Source: an uncultured Bacilli bacterium
GTDB taxonomy: Bacteria; Bacillota_I; Bacilli_A; RF39; UBA660
Assembly: GCA_934102215.1 (NCBI GenBank)
Contig: CAKOSH010000002.1
Location: 87,380 to 151,379, forward strand
DNA length: 64,000 nucleotides
Reading direction: 5' to 3'
Part shown: positions 52,013 to 61,664 of the stretch, piece after piece
Layout of the letters: each line of letters starts with the position of its first letter
Numbering within the stretch: position 1 is the stretch's first letter
The notes under the pieces: model-generated
Told to the model about the DNA's origin: nothing
Database searches by the model: none
What the model saw: only the letters and a program-made list of their open reading frames with translations
Made by a program: the position numbers and the translations under genes

Positions 52013-53245
52013 ATGAAAGATAACAAAATAATATTTGGAACATTGATTGTATTACTTTTACTTTTAACAGTAGGACTTTCTTATGCGTACTTTAGTACTG
52101 CTGTAAAAGGAAATGATAATGCAAAAAATGTAGTAGTGGAAGCTGGAACACTAAAACTTACATATACTGATGGACCAGCAATAAATGCACAGTATATAAA
52201 ACCAGAATGGTCAACAACAAAAGAGGTATCAGTAAAGAATAATGGTACATTAGATGCTTATTACAATGTAATTTGGCAATCACTAACAAATGGAATTACT
52301 AACGATGAATTAGTTTTAAGTGCAACATGTCAAAGATTAAATGCATCAGGTACAGTAGAGGGAACATGTGAAGCTATACCACAAGCACCAATAAGTGATA
52401 TGACTATAGCAAAAAAGATATCAATTGAATCAGGAATTACTCATAAATATACTTTCACAATATTATTCAAAGAAACAAATGCTGTTCAAAATTATAATCA
52501 AGGAAAGGAATTTAATGGAGTTTTAGGTATTGAAGAATATAAAGCACCTGATTTTTCAACTGATAGTTGGGCAACAATAATAGCAAATGTAAAAGCTGGG
52601 TATGGAAGTGAGTATGTTGTTGGAAGTACAAAAGAAGTAAACCTTGGAACAACATATGGAACACATACTTTAAGAGTAGCAAATACTTCTACACCAAGCG
52701 AATGTAGTACAAATGGCTTTTCACAAACAGCATGTGGGTTTGTACTTGAATTTGCAGATGTTATAGCAAAACATAATATGAATGATACTGTTACGAATGT
52801 AGGAGGATGGCCAGCAACATCAATGAGAACATTTGTAAATAATGATATATATAATGCAATGCCAGAAGAAATAAAGAATGCAATAATAGATACAACAGTG
52901 ATATCAGGACATGGAAAAAGTGATACAGAAAATTTCACATCAACAGATAAGTTATATTTACTAAGTACAGCAGAAGTATGGGCACAAGGAAGTTCATATA
53001 CAATAAATGAAGATACAGCAAGAGATGTAACAAGACAATTAGATTATTATAAAAATTTAGGAACAAGTACTAGCAATTACAGTGGAGCTATTAAGAATAA
53101 TGGATCTAGTACTTATTATTGGTGGCTTCGCGCGGCTTATTCTGGCTCTGACACTGATTTCTACCGTGTGTATCACAGCGGTTACTGCGATATCAGCATT
53201 GCTAGTGATACAAATGGCGTGGCTCCAGCTTTCCGATTGGGTTAA
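52013..53245 (+). CDS. Secreted protein with a TasA/camelysin-type (SipW-cognate-like) signal peptide and a conserved C-terminal WWLR...PAFR domain
   Basis: N-terminus MKDNKIIFGTLIVLLLLLTVGLSYAYFS...AGTLKLT resembles the TasA/CalY N-terminus (AYFSD...GTLDL). C-terminal YWWLRAAYSG...GVAPAFRLG. Intact paralog of the pseudogene at 12522-13758. Confidence 0.7.
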   Translation: MKDNKIIFGTLIVLLLLLTVGLSYAYFSTAVKGNDNAKNVVVEAGTLKLTYTDGPAINAQYIKPEWSTTKEVSVKNNGTLDAYYNVIWQSLTNGITNDELVLSATCQRLNASGTVEGTCEAIPQAPISDMTIAKKISIESGITHKYTFTILFKETNAVQNYNQGKEFNGVLGIEEYKAPDFSTDSWATIIANVKAGYGSEYVVGSTKEVNLGTTYGTHTLRVANTSTPSECSTNGFSQTACGFVLEFADVIAKHNMNDTVTNVGGWPATSMRTFVNNDIYNAMPEEIKNAIIDTTVISGHGKSDTENFTSTDKLYLLSTAEVWAQGSSYTINEDTARDVTRQLDYYKNLGTSTSNYSGAIKNNGSSTYYWWLRAAYSGSDTDFYRVYHSGYCDISIASDTNGVAPAFRLG

Positions 53246-53678
53246 TGTGTAAAGCGTATGTAAACTAGAGCAAAACGAAATTAGTTAAGAGAACTAAAAC
53301 AAATCCGAATAAATAATAATAAGGTATAACGAATGTTATTAGGTGACTACTCCATGCGTAAGCATGGATAGGCGACTATGAGAAACAAATAAATTAAAGA
53401 TATAAGGAAGTAACCTGCCTTTAGGCAGGAAATGGAAATTTTGAATTTATGTAAATTCAAAATTTTTTATTGATGTGTAAAAATATAAATCTTAAAATAA
53501 ATATGTAGTAAATCTTAAGAAAGGAAATTGAAAAGTAAAATTTATTTAATACAAGATTAATATTATGTTGTACTAGTTTAATAAAAGTATATAGATAGCG
53601 CTAGCAATAGTGCTTTTTATGTGAAAAAATTTAAATTTGATGACAATTAATGTGATGTGTGATATCATTGATTTGGTG

Positions 53679-54356
53679 ATGAAAGTGAAGAAATTTATTA
53701 AAATAATTATTTGTGTGAATTTAATATTTATATTATGTAGTTGTGGTAGTGATGAAGTAGAACTAAATTATACTACTAAAAAAGTAGGAGATGAAACTAT
53801 TTATACTATTAAAACTAAAAAATATGTAACAAGTGATGAAGCAACTGATTTAGTAATGATTAATGTTAAAGATTATGGAATCATGGTAGCAGAATTATAT
53901 CCTGATAAAGCTCCAATTACTGTTGAAAACTTTAAGAAACTTGTAAGCAATAACTTTTATAGTGGACTCATATTTCATAGAGTTATAAATGGATTTGTTA
54001 TTCAAACTGGGGACCCTAATGGTAATGGCAGTGGTGGTAGTAATGAAACTATCAAAGGTGAATTTGAAGCAAATGGTGTTAAAAATGATATCAGTCATGT
54101 AAGAGGAGTACTTTCAATGGCAAGACGTGGAAGTGATCCTGAAACTGATGAAACACTTAATTCAGCATCAAGTCAATTCTATATTGTACAAGATGATGCG
54201 ACTTATTTAGATGGAAATTATGCTGGCTTTGGTAAACTAGTAAGTGGATATGATGTTCTTGATAGAATAGCAAGTGTAAAAACTAATATGAATGATAAAC
54301 CTCTTACTGATATAGTTATTGAAAATGTTAGATTCGTTAAATATTACGAGGAATAA
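53679..54356 (+). CDS. Peptidyl-prolyl cis-trans isomerase (cyclophilin-type) lipoprotein
   Basis: Lipobox ILCSCG, then a cyclophilin motif FHRVINGFVIQTGDP. Confidence 0.75.
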   Translation: MKVKKFIKIIICVNLIFILCSCGSDEVELNYTTKKVGDETIYTIKTKKYVTSDEATDLVMINVKDYGIMVAELYPDKAPITVENFKKLVSNNFYSGLIFHRVINGFVIQTGDPNGNGSGGSNETIKGEFEANGVKNDISHVRGVLSMARRGSDPETDETLNSASSQFYIVQDDATYLDGNYAGFGKLVSGYDVLDRIASVKTNMNDKPLTDIVIENVRFVKYYEE

Positions 54357-54357
54357 T

Positions 54358-55188
54358 ATGATACTAGATGGTAAAAATTTAAGTGCTAAAATTAAAGATG
54401 AATTAAAAGGAAATATAAATTCATATAAAGAAACACCTGTACTTGCAGTTATAACAATTGGAAAGTATAATGAAAAATTTGTTAATAATAAAAAGAAAGC
54501 ATGTGAATATGTTGGTATGAGTTTTTTACATGTTTCTTTTGATGAAAGTGTTAAAGAAGAAAAAGTTATTAAAAGAATTAAAGAACTTAATAAAGATAAA
54601 TATATTAATGGTATTATAGTACAGTTACCACTTCCATTTGGATTTCATGAAGATAAAATCATTGATGCGATAGATACATCTAAAGATGTAGATGGATTTA
54701 AAAATGGAAGTATATTTATTCCTCCAGTAGCACTTGGTATTATGGAACTATTTGATTATTATAAAATTAATCTTGAAGGTAAAAATGTACTTGTTATTGG
54801 AAGAAGTAAACGTGTTGGAATTCCAATTATGATGGAATGTTTAAAGAGAAATGCTAGTGTAAGTATATGTCATTCTAAAACTAATAATTTAATTGAATAT
54901 ACTAGAGGGTCTGATATTATAATATCATGTGTAGGTAAGAAAGATTTAATAACAAAATCAATGATTAAACCAGGAACTATTATTATTGATGTAGGAATTA
55001 CTTATGAAAATAATAAAGTATATGGTGATGTTAAAAATAATGTTCATGATAAATGTTCATATATAACGCCAGTACCAGGAGGTGTAGGTCCAATGACTGT
55101 TATTATGCTTGTTAAAAATACATTTGAGGCTTATAAGAAACAAAATGGAATCGTTGATATGTTTGATATAGGGAGTAGTAATGGATAA
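54358..55188 (+). CDS. folD: Bifunctional methylenetetrahydrofolate dehydrogenase/cyclohydrolase FolD
   Basis: MILDGKNLSAKIK N-terminus and a GRSKRVGIP Rossmann segment. About 277 aa. Confidence 0.85.
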   Translation: MILDGKNLSAKIKDELKGNINSYKETPVLAVITIGKYNEKFVNNKKKACEYVGMSFLHVSFDESVKEEKVIKRIKELNKDKYINGIIVQLPLPFGFHEDKIIDAIDTSKDVDGFKNGSIFIPPVALGIMELFDYYKINLEGKNVLVIGRSKRVGIPIMMECLKRNASVSICHSKTNNLIEYTRGSDIIISCVGKKDLITKSMIKPGTIIIDVGITYENNKVYGDVKNNVHDKCSYITPVPGGVGPMTVIMLVKNTFEAYKKQNGIVDMFDIGSSNG

Positions 55189-55996
55189 TAAAGCAATAGA
55201 GAAAAGTATAATTAAAACATATAGAAAAGAAATATGGGCTAAATTTGTTAAAGGAGTTAAAGAATTTAAACTTGTTAATGAAGGTGATAAAGTAGCAGTA
55301 TGTATAAGTGGAGGAAAAGATTCATTTTTACTTGCTAAATGTATGCAAGAATTAAAACGTCATGGTGATGTTAATTTTGATTTAGTATTTATATGTATGA
55401 ATCCAGGATATAATGAACGTAATCTTGAACTTATTAAATCTAATGCTAAACTTATGGATATAGATTTACATATATTTACTACTGATATATTTAGTATTGT
55501 TGAAAGTCAAAAAGTAAGTCCATGTTACTTATGTGCTAGAATGAGAAGAGGTGCTTTATATAATGAAGCAATGAAACTTGGGTGTAATAAGATAGCACTA
55601 GGTCATCATTTTGATGATGTTGTTGAAACTATATTATTAAGTATGTTTTATGCGAGTGAATATAAGACAATGATGCCTAAACTTCATAGTGAGAATTTTC
55701 CTGGTATGGAACTTATAAGACCACTTTATTATGTACATGAACATGATATTTTGAGATTTGCAAATGGAAATAATCTTACATTTATAAATTGTGCTTGTAA
55801 GTTTACTGAAAGAAGTGAACATGAGAATAATTCTAAAAGACGTGAAATAAAGAACTTAATAAGTGAACTTAAAAAAATTAATCCAAATATAGACTACAAC
55901 ATATTTAAATCTACATTCAATGTTAACTTAAATACAATACTTGGATATTATAAGTATGATGAAAAACATTTCTTTTTAGATGATTTTGATAAATAG
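55181..55996 (+). CDS. ttcA: tRNA 2-thiocytidine biosynthesis protein TtcA-like PP-loop ATPase
   Basis: CISGGKDS PP-loop and CYLCARMRRG (CxxC...RRG), typical of TtcA. Confidence 0.7.
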   Translation: MDNKAIEKSIIKTYRKEIWAKFVKGVKEFKLVNEGDKVAVCISGGKDSFLLAKCMQELKRHGDVNFDLVFICMNPGYNERNLELIKSNAKLMDIDLHIFTTDIFSIVESQKVSPCYLCARMRRGALYNEAMKLGCNKIALGHHFDDVVETILLSMFYASEYKTMMPKLHSENFPGMELIRPLYYVHEHDILRFANGNNLTFINCACKFTERSEHENNSKRREIKNLISELKKINPNIDYNIFKSTFNVNLNTILGYYKYDEKHFFLDDFDK

Positions 55997-56072
55997 AGTT
56001 TCTTTTTAGAAATTCTTTTTTAATGTTATTGAAGATTATGTGAAAATTTGATATCATTATTGGAGAATAGAG

Positions 56073-56711
56073 GTGGATATGAAAAAGATAATATATTTGA
56101 TATTTACTATTATTATTAGTTTTACATTTGTAAGTGTTGATGCGATTGATATAACAAAGAAAGGTGAAATAACTGGTGAATATACATATGGTGATGTAAT
56201 TATTAGTGATACTGATGTGTATTTGTATAAAGTAGGTGATTTAGATACAGATGGTAATCTTACTTATAATAATGAATTTAGTACATTTACTGATAATATA
56301 TATGGATTAAATGCATCAGAATATAAAGAGTTAGTAAGTAAAGTTAATAAGCATATAAAAGATAATAATATTAATTATATGAAAAAGACTACTACTGATA
56401 ATCATGGATTATTTAAATTTGATGATTTAATAGTTGGATTATATTTAGTTAGAATAGATGATAAAGTCATTAGTAATAAATATACATACACAAGTAGTCC
56501 ATTATTGATAACTATACCTACATATGATGAGGTAAGACTTGAAGATAATTATAATGTACTTGCTGTACTTAAGGCTAGTGAAAGTATCAAAGAGGAAGAA
56601 ACTCCTAAGACATTTGATCCGATAGTTAATTATTTGATACTTGGTGGTATGTCACTTGTAATTATAATTGGAATAGTTGTATATATGGTAAAGAGAGGAA
56701 GTAAAAAGTGA
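56073..56711 (+). CDS. Pilus-associated surface protein (minor pilin-like) with a C-terminal TM anchor
   Basis: Signal peptide, then a Cna-B/isopeptide-like segment HGLFKFDDLIVGLYLVR. C-terminal ...ETPKTFDPIVN-TM-KRGSKK with no canonical LPxTG. Translationally coupled to the major pilin. Confidence 0.5.
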   Translation: MDMKKIIYLIFTIIISFTFVSVDAIDITKKGEITGEYTYGDVIISDTDVYLYKVGDLDTDGNLTYNNEFSTFTDNIYGLNASEYKELVSKVNKHIKDNNINYMKKTTTDNHGLFKFDDLIVGLYLVRIDDKVISNKYTYTSSPLLITIPTYDEVRLEDNYNVLAVLKASESIKEEETPKTFDPIVNYLILGGMSLVIIIGIVVYMVKRGSKK

Positions 56712-58192
56712 AGAAGTATTTAAAATTATTTATTTTATTAATAGGATTTATGGCATGTTCTTTTGTTCATGCTGAAACTGAAATTACTTTTGATAGTACT
56801 AGAAGGGGTATAACTGATAATGAGAGTTATTATATAACTAATAAGGCTATTTTTACTGTTAATAATGTAGTTTCTACTGATAGTTTTAAAGCATATAAAA
56901 TACTTGATGCTTATTATAATGAAAATGCTAATACAATTACATATGATTTTACTAATGATTTTCAAGCATATTTAAAGACTACTACTGACTATAAAGATCT
57001 TACTTCTAGTGATTATTATTCTTTAAGTAGTGGTTCATTGACTAGTGGAAGTACTCTTACATCTAGTACGCTTGATAAACTTGTAAGTGGTTATGCATCA
57101 TATATTAAAACTAATAATGTAAGTGGAAGTCTTATGAATGTAAGTGGTAATACTGCATCACTGAGTTTAGAAGCGGGTTCTTATTTAATACTTCCTGTGT
57201 CTACTACTAAAGTATATTCTGTAATGGTTGGTAATTTAGATTTTACTGCTGAAGATGAAAAATATTGGAATTTAAATGATGAAACGATTGTTGCTAAAGT
57301 AAGTGAAGCTAAAGTAGAAAAATATGTTGATGATAATAAAGATTCTGCTGATCATAGTATAGGTGAGATATATACTTATACAATTAAAGCAACAGTAATA
57401 CAATATCCAACTAATGCTACTAATAAAACATTTAAAATAGTTGATACATTGGATAAAAGTATAACACTTACTGGAATTAATACAATCATTGTTAAAGATG
57501 GTGATACACTTCTTACTACTGATTCTGGTGTCATTAAAAATGCAAGCAGTAAAATAGTCGCAACAATTACTTATTCAAATAATATACTTACAATAGATTT
57601 CAATGTTGATAATCTTACAAGCACTAATATTACTATTACATATAATGCTTCATTAAATACTTCATTAAATGAAGAATCTTATTCTGATTGTAGTGGAAGT
57701 AAAAATAAAGTTAAATTAGTATATTCAAATGATCCATATGGTACTGGTACTTATGAAACTGAAGAAAAAGAAACTACTGTTTATACACATTGGCTTCAAA
57801 TATTAAAATTTGAAGGAAATGATCAAACTAAGGTATTAAGTGGAGCTAAATTTGAAATATATAGTGATGTTGAACTTAAAAATAAAATAGGTGATATGGT
57901 AAGTGGAGAAGATGGTATTGCTACATACAATGGAATTAAAGCAGGAACATATTATTTAAAAGAGGTTAGTGCTCCTAGTGGGTATAGAAAGATTAATGAT
58001 ATATTAACTGCAGATATAAAAAAAGAATCATGTTTATATCGAATTCATGTATCTAATACCAAAAATGGTTTATTACCTTTCACTGGAGGAAGTGGTAGTT
58101 CTTCATATATAGTTATAGGTGGAATTATAATTTTTATAGGAACTTGTTCTATGATATATTATCGTAAGAAGAATATGGTAACTAATGAATAA
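56708..58192 (+). CDS. Sortase-dependent major pilin (LPxTG cell-wall anchor, E-box)
   Basis: Signal peptide. E-box YYLKEVSAPSGY (YxLxETxAPxGY). Sorting signal LPFTGG, then a hydrophobic stretch and YYRKKN. Confidence 0.7.
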   Translation: MKKYLKLFILLIGFMACSFVHAETEITFDSTRRGITDNESYYITNKAIFTVNNVVSTDSFKAYKILDAYYNENANTITYDFTNDFQAYLKTTTDYKDLTSSDYYSLSSGSLTSGSTLTSSTLDKLVSGYASYIKTNNVSGSLMNVSGNTASLSLEAGSYLILPVSTTKVYSVMVGNLDFTAEDEKYWNLNDETIVAKVSEAKVEKYVDDNKDSADHSIGEIYTYTIKATVIQYPTNATNKTFKIVDTLDKSITLTGINTIIVKDGDTLLTTDSGVIKNASSKIVATITYSNNILTIDFNVDNLTSTNITITYNASLNTSLNEESYSDCSGSKNKVKLVYSNDPYGTGTYETEEKETTVYTHWLQILKFEGNDQTKVLSGAKFEIYSDVELKNKIGDMVSGEDGIATYNGIKAGTYYLKEVSAPSGYRKINDILTADIKKESCLYRIHVSNTKNGLLPFTGGSGSSSYIVIGGIIIFIGTCSMIYYRKKNMVTNE

Positions 58193-59009
58193 GAAGAAAT
58201 TACCTATTATAATATTTTCTTTGTTAATAGTAGTTGGATTTATTATTATGTTTTATCCATTTATAATGAAGTTATTTAATAAGAATGAAAGTAAATATAT
58301 CATCAGTGACTATACTAATAAGATTTCTAAAGAGAATGATGAAGATAAGGCTAATATATTAGAAAGTGCTCGTAAATATAATGAATCTTTATCTAGTGTT
58401 AAAGTAGTTGATTCATTTGAAAATAATAATGATATTGTTTCTAGTGAGTATTTGAAATTATTAAACTTTGATGATAATGGTTTAATTGGTTATATTAAGA
58501 TACCTAAAATTGATATAGAACTTCCTATATATCATGGAACTAGTAATAAGACATTGGAAAGAGGAGTAGGTCATTTTGAGGGTAGTTCTCTTCCAATAGG
58601 CGGGAAAAGTACTCATAGCATTTTAACTGGTCATAGGGGACTTCCGTTAAATAAATTATTTACTGATTTAGATAGATTAGTTGTTGATGATAAATTTTAT
58701 ATATATGTTATGGATGAAGTACTTACTTATAGTGTTGATGATATAAGAGTAGTAGAACCAGATGATTTATCTAATTTAGATATAGTAGATGGAGAAGACT
58801 ATGTTACATTAATAACATGTACTCCTTATGGACTTAATACTCATAGATTACTTGTTAGAGGTAAAAGATTACTTAATGATACTGATTTACCTGTTATAGA
58901 AAGTGAACCCGAAATTGAACTAAATAGTTCTCTTATATATTTTGGTATTATATTTATAAGTTTTGTTGTTTATATTGTTATAAGAAGAAAAAATAATTAT
59001 ATTTTATAA
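58185..59009 (+). CDS. Class C (pilus-assembly) sortase
   Basis: N-terminal TM. Catalytic motifs LTGHRG and TLITCTPYG, plus Arg in LLVRGKR. C-terminal TM anchor. Confidence 0.8.
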   Translation: MNKKKLPIIIFSLLIVVGFIIMFYPFIMKLFNKNESKYIISDYTNKISKENDEDKANILESARKYNESLSSVKVVDSFENNNDIVSSEYLKLLNFDDNGLIGYIKIPKIDIELPIYHGTSNKTLERGVGHFEGSSLPIGGKSTHSILTGHRGLPLNKLFTDLDRLVVDDKFYIYVMDEVLTYSVDDIRVVEPDDLSNLDIVDGEDYVTLITCTPYGLNTHRLLVRGKRLLNDTDLPVIESEPEIELNSSLIYFGIIFISFVVYIVIRRKNNYIL

Positions 59010-59055
59010 ATTTAGGCATGAAAAAACTCTTGAAATGAATCCAAGAGTTCTTTTA

Positions 59056-59655
59056 TTATCTGTTGTAGTATTCAACGATTAATGCTTCATTAATTTCTGA
59101 ATTTAATTCTTCACGTTCTGGATATCTTACATAAGTACCAGACTTTTTAGTTTTGTCTACAGTTACGAATGATGGGATATTAATATCCATATTCATGCAT
59201 TCATTAATAACTGGATGATCAAGTGATGTTTCTTTAACAGAAATAACACTTCCAACTTTAACTCTAAATGATGGAATATCTACTTTTTTACCATCTACTA
59301 AAATATGTCCGTGATTAACAAGTTGTCTTGCAGCTCTTCTAGTTTTAGCAAATCCCATTCTATAAACTAAGTTATCTAATCTACTTTCTAAAAGTATTAA
59401 TAAGTTATAACCATGGATACCTTGCATTTTACCAGCAGCTACAAAAGTCTTTTCGAATTGTTTTTCAGAAAGTCCATACATAAATCTAACTTTTTGTTTT
59501 TCATGTAATTGAACACCATATTCACTAAGTTTCTTTCTACTAGTTCCATGAATTCCAGGAGCAGTAGGTTTACGTCTTAATTCTTTACCTGTTTCAAGTG
59601 TTGAAAAACCATATCTTCTAGATTTTTTATATACTGGTCCGATATATCTTGACAT
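59056..59655 (-). CDS. rpsD: 30S ribosomal protein S4
   Basis: [16 protein letters not shown]...GIHG. 199 aa. Confidence 0.9.
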   Translation of the reverse strand: MSRYIGPVYKKSRRYGFSTLETGKELRRKPTAPGIHGTSRKKLSEYGVQLHEKQKVRFMYGLSEKQFEKTFVAAGKMQGIHGYNLLILLESRLDNLVYRMGFAKTRRAARQLVNHGHILVDGKKVDIPSFRVKVGSVISVKETSLDHPVINECMNMDINIPSFVTVDKTKKSGTYVRYPEREELNSEINEALIVEYYNR

Positions 59656-59901
59656 AGTATTTGTTCCTCCTTTACAAATATTTTTGTATTAAAGGCCACC
59701 TTTCTAATTATAGGGAGTTTCTTATTTACTTTCGCTTTGGCAGAAGTTACTTGTTTTTTGTACTAAAGAAACACATTATAATTATATGGGCACTGCCAAA
59801 TAAATACTTAATAAAGTATATAATAAATTTTACGAAAAATCAAGAAATAATTGCTATAAACGTAGGAAATATGCTATAATTTTGATTATGGAGATGATAT
59901 T

Positions 59902-60438
59902 ATGGTAAAAAATACTATGAAAATGAAAGTTAAAAGACCAAAAAGAGAAAGAAATAAGAATAAAATAGAGGTTAGTGATAATGATAAAATTAAGTCAGCA
60001 GTATATACTTTAGTAGGTGTACTTGTATTTATAGGTGTTGTTTATGGATTTGTTTTATTAATGGAAAAGGGTGGACTTTTTGAAGAAGGATATACTAAAC
60101 CAACAAGTGAGGCTACTGAAATAAGCAGTGAATATATTGCGGGTAGTACTACATTTACTCGTGATATGGGTGAATACTATGTTTTATTTGATGACTTTAG
60201 TAATTTAAAGAGTGATTCATATGTTAGTTATTTAGCAGGTAAAAGTGATATTAAAGTTTATAAAGTTGATTTAAGTAAACCAGAAAATAAAGTATTCAAA
60301 AGTGAAGAAAGTAATAAGAATGCTAAAAGAGCAAGTGAACTTAAAATAAATGATGTTACTCTTATTAGAATTAAGAATGGTAAAATAGTTAACTATATAG
60401 AATCTAGTAATAAGATAGAGGAATATTTAAGTAAATGA
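59902..60438 (+). CDS. Hypothetical membrane protein with a basic N-terminus
   Basis: 178 aa. KRPKRERNKNK, then a single TM. Confidence 0.4.
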   Translation: MVKNTMKMKVKRPKRERNKNKIEVSDNDKIKSAVYTLVGVLVFIGVVYGFVLLMEKGGLFEEGYTKPTSEATEISSEYIAGSTTFTRDMGEYYVLFDDFSNLKSDSYVSYLAGKSDIKVYKVDLSKPENKVFKSEESNKNAKRASELKINDVTLIRIKNGKIVNYIESSNKIEEYLSK

Positions 60439-61310
60439 TAGAAACATTAAAAAGTAAATTTGAATGTATAGAAGATGCTAGCTTATTAAATTACAATACT
60501 TATAAATTAAATACAAAATGTAAATTACTCATGTTTCCTAAAGACATATATGAATTAGAAGAAATGGTATACATCTTAGGTGATAATAAATATTTTATTA
60601 TAGGAAATGGTTCTAATATAATATTACCTAATTATTATGATGGAGTAGTTATTAAACTTAAATTCTTAAATAATTATAGTATTACTGATGATAATGTTTT
60701 AAAAGTTGATTCAGGTGTCATGATTAATAAACTTGCATTAGAAATATCTAAACTTGGTTATAAAGGTTTTGAATGGGCAAGTGGTATTCCTGGAACAATA
60801 GGTGGATGTATATATAATAATGCTGGTTGTTATGGTAGTGAAATAAGTGATAATTTAATAAGTGTTACTATTCTTAATGATAATAGAATATATGATTTAA
60901 CTAAAGATGAACTACAATTTTCATATAGAAATTCATTATTAAAGGGAAGTAATAAGTTTATAATACTTAAAGCAAAGTTTCAACTTGAGAAAGGAAACTC
61001 TGAAGAACTTCTTGATCTTATTAAAACAAGAACTATTAAGAGAAAAGAAAATCAACCACTTGAGTATCCTTCATGTGGAAGTGTATTTAGAAATCCAGAA
61101 GGATATATTGCTGGTAAATTAATAGATGATTCTGGTTTAAAAGGTAAGACAGTAGGTGGAGCAGTTATTAGTGAAAAACATGCAAATTTCATTATCAATA
61201 AAGGCAATGCTACTCCAAAAGATATTATCTCATTAATAGATATAATAAAGAAAACAATTAAAAAGAACTATAATATTGATTTAGTTCTTGAACAAGAAAT
61301 AATAAAATAA
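60435..61310 (+). CDS. murB: UDP-N-acetylenolpyruvoylglucosamine reductase MurB
   Basis: FAD-binding GNGSNIL and a C-terminal GSVFRNP motif. 291 aa. Confidence 0.85.
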   Translation: MIETLKSKFECIEDASLLNYNTYKLNTKCKLLMFPKDIYELEEMVYILGDNKYFIIGNGSNIILPNYYDGVVIKLKFLNNYSITDDNVLKVDSGVMINKLALEISKLGYKGFEWASGIPGTIGGCIYNNAGCYGSEISDNLISVTILNDNRIYDLTKDELQFSYRNSLLKGSNKFIILKAKFQLEKGNSEELLDLIKTRTIKRKENQPLEYPSCGSVFRNPEGYIAGKLIDDSGLKGKTVGGAVISEKHANFIINKGNATPKDIISLIDIIKKTIKKNYNIDLVLEQEIIK

Positions 61311-61342
61311 AAAGTAAATAAAAAAGCGATTTCTCACTTAAA

Positions 61343-61510
61343 TTATTTACTTTTTTTACTTGACTTAATTTCTTTAGTTGACATTCTAACTTTTTTTCCA
61401 TCAACTTTAACTGTTTGTAAATTAACTTTTTGAGTTTTCTTAGTTGCCTTTAATGAAAAAGGTCTATTTTGAGCACTCATATTTTTTCTATTTGATACAT
61501 TCTTTGCCAT
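61343..61510 (-). CDS. rpmB: 50S ribosomal protein L28 (bL28), not in the ORF track
   Basis: Hand translation gives MAKNVSNRKNMSAQNRPFSLKATKKTQKVNLQTVKVDGKKVRMSTKEIKSSKKSK. Resembles bL28 (…NLQKV..DGK.K.V.VS..ALKSGK). Strong AGAGGAGG SD. Confidence 0.65.
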   Translation of the reverse strand: MAKNVSNRKNMSAQNRPFSLKATKKTQKVNLQTVKVDGKKVRMSTKEIKSSKKSK

Positions 61511-61664
61511 TTTTAACTTGCCTCCTCTTTTTAAGCCAAATATAATTTAACATAAAAAAGTAGTTAAGTAAAGTAAAAAATGACTTTTTTATGATATTTT
61601 GTGATTAATTGGTAATATAAATGAGATAATTTTATTATTTAATTATAAAATGTAACATTTTTAA

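Noticed and set aside
59661-59879. 72-aa ORF between rpsD and the downstream hypothetical gene
   Set aside because: It lies in the divergent promoter/leader region of rpsD, with no RBS. It is more likely non-coding. The S4 autoregulatory leader may lie here but I could not verify a structure by eye.
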